Positions 58,341 through 64,000 of a DNA stretch of 64,000 bases are shown here, piece after piece. Made by a program: the position numbers and the translations under genes. Below the pieces are notes generated by a model that ran no database searches, was not told the origin of the DNA, and saw nothing but the letters and a program-made list of their open reading frames with translations. How positions within the stretch are numbered: the stretch's first letter is position 1; each line of letters opens with the position of its first letter. The stretch lies in the NCBI GenBank assembly GCA_037129895.1, contig JBAXUB010000003.1, positions 2,699 through 66,698 of the forward strand, read 5' to 3'. The DNA comes from Candidatus Tayloriibacteriota bacterium. Lineage in GTDB: Bacteria; Patescibacteriota; Minisyncoccia; Phycocordibacterales; PALSA-1337.

Positions 58341-59145
58341 CTTACAACAATTTTTATTGCCGACGTATTACTGTGATTCTGATAATGATTTAGTAAAAGA
58401 TATTGCAAGGAAGTATGTCGATCAAGGTTTAGATGAGGCTGAATTAGCTAGACGACTATTTTATTATGTTAGAGATTCGACCGTATATAGAGTAGGTCAT
58501 TGGACGAGGAAGGCGTCTGAGACATTACTTGAAAAAGGCGGTACATGCACGAATAATGCTAATTTATTGGTAGCTTTGTTGAGAGCTGCAAAAATCCCTG
58601 CCGGTTATGGTGTAATGGATGTCGTGGGTCCAGAATATTTTGGACCTGTTGTGTTGCCACACTTTTCAAGGAATGTGTCACGTCGTTCGAAACATGTATA
58701 TTGTTATGTATATGTAAAAGATAAATGGGTAAAATGTGACCCTTCTGATGATGAGCCTCTTTCTATAAATACACAACACTTGAATCCTCAAAGTAGAGTG
58801 GTTGAATGGAATGGTTTAAGTGATGCGATGCTTAATCTTGACCCCAATCATATATTGAAAGATGATGGGCCATTATCAAGTATTGATAATGTAATCGCAA
58901 AAAAGATGAAACATAGGCGTAGGATACCTGTCTATTTAGGGAATATCTATATTCAATTTTTGCGTGAGGAGGGAAGAAACATATTAAAGTTATCTGAGTT
59001 AAACGATGCATTTAATAGATGGTTATTTCAGAACCATAAAGTATTATATATATTTTATAGGTTGTTCTTCTTTATTGAATCAACTGTAAACCGAATGCGT
59101 GAATATAGCAGATCAACTTTTATTAAAAATAATAAATATGCTTGA
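58327..59145 (+). CDS. Transglutaminase-like cysteine protease-fold protein
   Basis: GTCTNNANLLVALLRAAKIPA, HVY and WVKCDP (Cys-His-Asp triad). Confidence 0.88.
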   Translation: MKDYNLQQFLLPTYYCDSDNDLVKDIARKYVDQGLDEAELARRLFYYVRDSTVYRVGHWTRKASETLLEKGGTCTNNANLLVALLRAAKIPAGYGVMDVVGPEYFGPVVLPHFSRNVSRRSKHVYCYVYVKDKWVKCDPSDDEPLSINTQHLNPQSRVVEWNGLSDAMLNLDPNHILKDDGPLSSIDNVIAKKMKHRRRIPVYLGNIYIQFLREEGRNILKLSELNDAFNRWLFQNHKVLYIFYRLFFFIESTVNRMREYSRSTFIKNNKYA

Positions 59146-60721
59146 TATCTATCAATCGGCAGTAATAATAGCAGCTTTCTTCTTTACTGGTTTTGGCAGT
59201 TTTGCTGTATGGAAAAATCAAAGTGATCCACAGGCAAGACATTTTGCCTTATTAGCACTGGCTTATGCGGTATGGATATTTTCTTGGTTCGGCCTTCTGA
59301 AAATGGAATCCGATATGTACATGGCGCTATTTTTCGCGAGGTTACTCAATTTAGGGGCGACATTCATACCGGTTCTATTTTTACATTGGGTTTATAAGGC
59401 CGTGAGTGTTAAAAAAAAGTATAATATTTTTCTATACTTTTGTTACGCACTAACATTATTTTTCGCATCATTTAGCTTCTCCGATTTATATATATCTGGG
59501 GTCAGAAGTATTTCAGTTTTTCCATATTGGCCAGTTGCCGGACCTTTATATATATATTTTATTGTCATTGGGTATGTAGGATTTATTTTATCGGGTTTGA
59601 TTTTACTAGTATATAATTATTTCCGATCATCAGGTCAGGTTCGTTACAGGATTGCTTGTTTGTTTATTGGGTCAATGTTGAGCTTCGTGGGAGGTGGTGT
59701 AAATTTTCCTATGATGTTGGGCTACGTCATTCCACAGCCTTTTGATTTGGTAGGTGTATTTATGTTAATGACTAGCCCGATAATTTTCAGTTACGCAGTG
59801 CTTCATTATAAGCTATTTGAAATTCGTAATGTGGCAATACAGTTAGTTGCAGGCGCACTAAATATTGTATTCGTAATTAATTTAACTTTAGCTAAGACCT
59901 TCGGTGCAATATTTGTAAATTCAGCACTGTTTGTTTTTACTGTTTGGTTTACCGTAATGCTTTTTAGGACATTGAGTCGCGAAATCTCCCAACGCGAACG
60001 GATTGAACTCCTCGCTTCCGACCTCCAGGCTGCCAATGACAACCAAACAAATCTTATTCACGTCATGAATCACCAGATCAAGGGCAAGCTCACGGATGCC
60101 AAGGCGGCGTTTGCGGAACTACTAACTGATGATTATGGTACAGTCCCTGACGCAGCCAAGGTGATCGTGAGGCAGGGCTTCGAGCAGACACAGTTGGGTG
60201 TGGACTACGTTCAAGGAATATTGAAGAGTCTCTCTGCAGCGAGTGGCTCATTACCATACGACATGAAAGAGGTTGACCTGAAAGCCCTAGTAAAGAAAAT
60301 CAGTGACAAGCTAGCCGAAAAAGCCAAGGAGAAGAAACTCGCCTTTGAAGTCAATCTAGTAGATGGCGACTTCGTGGTTACTGCGGATACGATGCAGCTC
60401 GGCGAAGCTATCGGGAACCTCATCAGCAACTCCATCTCATACACCCCATCCGGCAGCATCCATATTTGGCTCACGAAGAAGGGTACCAATGCTCTCATAG
60501 CTGTCCAAGACACAGGTATAGGTATATCAGATGAGGACAAGACGAAACTATTCAAAAGCGGTGGCCGTGGGAAAGATTCGATCAGAGTCAATGTAAATAG
60601 TACCGGATATGGTCTCTCCTTCGTCAAAGGTGTAGTCGAAGCTCACAAAGGCCGTGTTTGGGCTGAATCTGATGGACCAGGGAAGGGCTCTAGTTTCTAT
60701 ATGGAATTACCGTTGGGGTAG
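59138..60721 (+). CDS. 7TM sensor histidine kinase
   Basis: Multi-TM N-terminus; NHQIK, NSISY, DTGIG, GYGL. Confidence 0.92.
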   Translation: MLDIYQSAVIIAAFFFTGFGSFAVWKNQSDPQARHFALLALAYAVWIFSWFGLLKMESDMYMALFFARLLNLGATFIPVLFLHWVYKAVSVKKKYNIFLYFCYALTLFFASFSFSDLYISGVRSISVFPYWPVAGPLYIYFIVIGYVGFILSGLILLVYNYFRSSGQVRYRIACLFIGSMLSFVGGGVNFPMMLGYVIPQPFDLVGVFMLMTSPIIFSYAVLHYKLFEIRNVAIQLVAGALNIVFVINLTLAKTFGAIFVNSALFVFTVWFTVMLFRTLSREISQRERIELLASDLQAANDNQTNLIHVMNHQIKGKLTDAKAAFAELLTDDYGTVPDAAKVIVRQGFEQTQLGVDYVQGILKSLSAASGSLPYDMKEVDLKALVKKISDKLAEKAKEKKLAFEVNLVDGDFVVTADTMQLGEAIGNLISNSISYTPSGSIHIWLTKKGTNALIAVQDTGIGISDEDKTKLFKSGGRGKDSIRVNVNSTGYGLSFVKGVVEAHKGRVWAESDGPGKGSSFYMELPLG

Positions 60722-60745
60722 GGGCTGATTGCAGTGATGAATTAC

Positions 60746-60961
60746 TTAGAGAGATCGAGTCATCTTATTCAGACGCCTTCTTGAAGTTATCTTGCTAACA
60801 TCGACTTTTTGAAGGTCGATATATTTTCCGTAACTGTTGGTCAGCGACAGCATCAATGAATTGGTGCTTTCTTTGATTACAAATCCAACTGCATGAAGCT
60901 CGACGTTTTCAGTTTTATTGAAGGATTGTCTCCATACGATATATTCAGGTTGATTCTTCAT
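60746..60961 (-). CDS. Small hypothetical protein, single copy of the domain repeated in its neighbour
   Basis: IVW..VGFVIKE pattern; translationally coupled. Confidence 0.6.
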   Translation of the reverse strand: MKNQPEYIVWRQSFNKTENVELHAVGFVIKESTNSLMLSLTNSYGKYIDLQKVDVSKITSRRRLNKMTRSL

Positions 60962-60962
60962 G

Positions 60963-61457
60963 TTATTTTTGTTTGATTAGTCTAATCTCAGTGATCATTG
61001 CTTTTGGTATGTAATACTTTTTAGGAGTTTTGTCTGGATGATTTATTGAATCTATAAGATTGAGAGTGATCGGATTATCTATGAGAATGTTCGAACTCGT
61101 TTCTCGGAACAAAACTCCTTCAGTAAGCATTGGAGTCAGTTTGTGTTTCCCAGTATAGTCATCGTCATACTGGAATATGTCATTCCAGTATACAGCAACC
61201 GAGTCACCTTCATGACAGATATCACGAATAATACTTTGAGGTTTTTTATTCATTCCCCGTATAACTCCTATAGGAATCACAATTCCAAAAACAGTGGCCT
61301 TTGGATGTTCAGTCCAAGATTGTTCAAGGTCGATGTACTCGTTGTTTCTCTCTAGTATTCTCCCATAAGATACGATCCTACCTACTGGAGGCTTTGTATT
61401 ATTTCCGTACGAGTAGTGTGCGTCTATGTAGGATATTTTAACTATTTTATTGCTCAT
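60963..61457 (-). CDS. Hypothetical protein with an internal tandem domain repeat
   Basis: [YW]xD...G.[IL]..E/R...IP...I occurs twice; start moved to 61457. Confidence 0.65.
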   Translation of the reverse strand: MSNKIVKISYIDAHYSYGNNTKPPVGRIVSYGRILERNNEYIDLEQSWTEHPKATVFGIVIPIGVIRGMNKKPQSIIRDICHEGDSVAVYWNDIFQYDDDYTGKHKLTPMLTEGVLFRETSSNILIDNPITLNLIDSINHPDKTPKKYYIPKAMITEIRLIKQK

Positions 61458-61562
61458 GAAGTTAGTGATATTATTAATTTGATTTAGATAGATATAAAAA
61501 ACCACTTGCATCAAGTATTGCAATGTGGCTGTAATAGAACACAAGACCGTAAAAGTAGTTGT

Positions 61563-61757
61563 CTATCTTTTCGTAAAACGAATACCTGAGGATGTGGATT
61601 TGGGAGCCCAACCCGGAGATGATTTGAAAGATGACTTGTCACGGCCACTCCGTGCACCTGAATCGCTGCGTGCCTGATGCCATGCTCGCGACACACCCTT
61701 GGTTGATGATCCAGTTGACTTTGCAGCATCTTTCTTACCGAAACTAAATAAACCCAT
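61563..61757 (-). CDS. Small basic Ser/Gly/Lys-rich protein, 64 aa
   Basis: MGLFSFGKK...RAWHQAR...; purine-rich upstream region. Confidence 0.55.
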   Translation of the reverse strand: MGLFSFGKKDAAKSTGSSTKGVSRAWHQARSDSGARSGRDKSSFKSSPGWAPKSTSSGIRFTKR

Positions 61758-61908
61758 AAGTATCTTTCTCTTTTCGTTGCTCGATAGACGATTCAATGAA
61801 ATGAAAAGTACCACTTCAAGGTTCTATCTATTAAATAGTCTAGTAGTTTAATCCTGACATGTCAACCATATTCAGGTGATTGCAAAAAGATGGTAGATGA
61901 TCTAGGGT

Positions 61909-62161
61909 TATCGTACATACGATCATATCCAATGACCAAGGGGAGATATTGATTTTACAAAGGTCAAAAAAGAATGATGTTCTTCCTGAATATTGGGATG
62001 TGCCTGGAGGAACGCTAGAGGATGGTGAAGACCCGGAGGTTGGGGCGATACGAGAGGTAGTCGTAGACTATTTACCTGAGTGTTTGCGTGCCTACAAGGA
62101 GTTAAATAAAGATCCAATAAATCGAGGCTCTCGGACTGAAGGCTGTGCCGGTGTGATATAG
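61909..62161 (+). pseudogene. Truncated Nudix hydrolase
   Basis: WDVPGGTLEDGEDPEVGAIREV breaks off before EExG; no in-frame start for the upstream VIVHTII strand. Confidence 0.65.
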
Positions 62162-62168
62162 TTGTTTT

Positions 62169-62693
62169 ATGAAAAAAGTGACTAGCGTTTATTGCAAGAA
62201 GGATTACAAAGGAACTAGCGAAGTCGAATACATTGTTGAGTATTCTGATACTGATTCTTTTGATGATCTTGACTATGATCTGTGTCGCCAAGTCTACGGC
62301 ATCTGTTTTTGTGAAGACAAGTTGGTTATCGGTTATGGAGGCCAAAAGAAGAATTGGGGATTGATTGGGGGGACGATTGAAAAAGGAGAGACATTCGAAC
62401 AGACTCTCAGAAGAGAGATAAAAGAAGAATCAAATATGGAAGTTCTAGAGTTTATGCCTGTTGGCTATCAAAAAGTTACTGACACTCGGGATGGTAGCTA
62501 TTTTTTTCAACTTCGTTACACTTGCACAACTCGTCCTTATGGTACGTTCGTGTTAGATCCTGCTGGTGGAATTACCAAGATCAAACTGATAGATCCGAAA
62601 GATTACAAAAAGTATTTCGATTGGGGTAGAATTGGGGAGAGGATGATTGAGAGGGCATTGGAGTTGAGGAATATCACATCGTTTCCGTATTAA
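62169..62693 (+). CDS. Nudix hydrolase
   Basis: GGTIEKGETFEQTLRREIKEES. Confidence 0.9.
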   Translation: MKKVTSVYCKKDYKGTSEVEYIVEYSDTDSFDDLDYDLCRQVYGICFCEDKLVIGYGGQKKNWGLIGGTIEKGETFEQTLRREIKEESNMEVLEFMPVGYQKVTDTRDGSYFFQLRYTCTTRPYGTFVLDPAGGITKIKLIDPKDYKKYFDWGRIGERMIERALELRNITSFPY

Positions 62694-62779
62694 AGCATAG
62701 GCAAGAAATTGGGATTGATATTTGAAGTTTCTTTGGTTAAAGTGTGATGGTGAATAAAGCTGCGAGTAAAGCTACTAGC

Positions 62780-64000
62780 ATGATAACCAGACAATATAAA
62801 TTCGTTGAATATTTTTCGGCTGTAAAATATCTCGAAAGCCTTGGCAATATCGGCGCGGGTTATCAAAAAACAGATCTTTCTGCCCATTCACATCCTGAGA
62901 TGTTCCTCGAAAGGATGCAGGATTTTCTTGATTTGTTGGGTAATCCTGAAAAGAGTTTCAAGTATATTCATATAACGGGAACTGCTGGTAAAGGTAGTGT
63001 TGCAACGGCAGTTCATTTTGAGCTTGTAAAAGCTGGAAAGAAGTCTGGTTTGTTTACTTCACCATTTACAGTTAGTACTATCGAAAAGATTCAGGTTGGA
63101 GATAAATATATTGATCCCGTAGTTTTTGCAAAGTTGACTGATTCAATAAAGCCAGTCGTTGATCGTATGTTATTGTCTGGTCGACATGGCGCGCCATCAT
63201 ATTTCGAGATGATGTTGGCGATCGCTCTCATGTATTTTAATAAAGAAAAGTGTGAGTATGTTGTATTGGAAGTAGGACTCGGAGGCAGCTATGACGCCAC
63301 AAATATTATCCGTAAACCGACTATAACGGCGATAACCAATATCAGTCTTGATCATACAAATATATTAGGTTCAACTAGGGAATGTATTGCTAAAGACAAA
63401 GCAGGAATAATAAAGAAAGGAAGTGAGTTTTTCACTACTGAGAATGATCAGAAAATTCTGAAGATCTTCGAGGAGAAGTGTATGGGTACTGGTGCAAAGT
63501 ATCATTCTATCAATGTTCACAGTGTTGATTATGATGTAAGAAATCGATTACTTGTTGGAAGTATTTGTCAGAGTCTCGGAATCGTAAATGTTGCAGAAGA
63601 GGTCGGTCCATTACCAAGTATGCCAGCACGATTTGAAATTGTGGAAAGATCGCCCTTAGTCATAATAGATGGTGCCCATAATCCATCGAAGATATCGAGC
63701 ACTATTGTAAATTTGAGAAAACTGAAATATCGTAGTCTCGATTTGGTTGTCGCCGTTTCTGCGGATAAGGATTGGAAGGAGATGTTAAAATTGATTGCTC
63801 CATTTGCTAGGAGAATATTTGCGACTAGATTCAGTGTTCCAGGGAGAGTCTCTGTGAACCCGAAGGAGCTATTTATAGAAGCGAAGCTAGTTGCATCAAA
63901 AGGATGTAAGGTTGAACTGTTCGCCGATCCAGTAATGGCATTTGATATTGCGAGAAGAACAATGAATAAAAGTGACGTCTTATTGGTGGCGGGATCATTT
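62780..64000 (+). CDS. folC: Folylpolyglutamate synthase/dihydrofolate synthase, runs off the window
   Basis: Translated by hand: LGNPE..IHITGTAGKGS, FTSP, EVGLGG, DGAHN. Confidence 0.9.
   Translation, partial: MITRQYKFVEYFSAVKYLESLGNIGAGYQKTDLSAHSHPEMFLERMQDFLDLLGNPEKSFKYIHITGTAGKGSVATAVHFELVKAGKKSGLFTSPFTVSTIEKIQVGDKYIDPVVFAKLTDSIKPVVDRMLLSGRHGAPSYFEMMLAIALMYFNKEKCEYVVLEVGLGGSYDATNIIRKPTITAITNISLDHTNILGSTRECIAKDKAGIIKKGSEFFTTENDQKILKIFEEKCMGTGAKYHSINVHSVDYDVRNRLLVGSICQSLGIVNVAEEVGPLPSMPARFEIVERSPLVIIDGAHNPSKISSTIVNLRKLKYRSLDLVVAVSADKDWKEMLKLIAPFARRIFATRFSVPGRVSVNPKELFIEAKLVASKGCKVELFADPVMAFDIARRTMNKSDVLLVAGSF

Noticed and set aside
37267-62000. Prophage or integron
   Set aside because: No integrase, structural phage genes or recognisable attC sites were seen.

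Overview
Bacterial chromosome segment in the standard genetic code. Its gene content points to Patescibacteria/CPR (Parcubacteria-like); this is inferred from tandem VirB2/TrbC-like pilins, two type IV pilus loci, tRNA-adjacent LAGLIDADG ORFs and an intron-split tRNA. Core genes are gyrA (5' truncated), ligA, gatC, gatA and folC (3' truncated). Seven tRNA genes are present, and tRNA-Thr(GGT) carries a 195-nt group I intron. The stretch from about 34.6 to 62 kb is accessory. Main highlights: (1) a direct-repeat-bounded island behind tRNA-Asp with a glycosyltransferase, an anticodon-less AspRS-HD fusion that continues in frame through one TAG into a PepE-like peptidase, and a radical SAM/SPASM enzyme; (2) a second radical SAM/SPASM gene followed by an unannotated 30-aa candidate RiPP precursor; (3) two orphan nuclease/toxin-like genes, each faced by a convergent structured small RNA with its own promoter and terminator; (4) an AT-rich enzyme cassette (acyltransferase, split CoaC/CoaB, transglutaminase-like) between two 7TM histidine kinases with mosaic sensor halves; (5) a duplicated structured 5' leader; (6) a PEP-CTERM protein in a probable monoderm CPR cell. 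All calls come from reading motifs by eye; no database searches were run.
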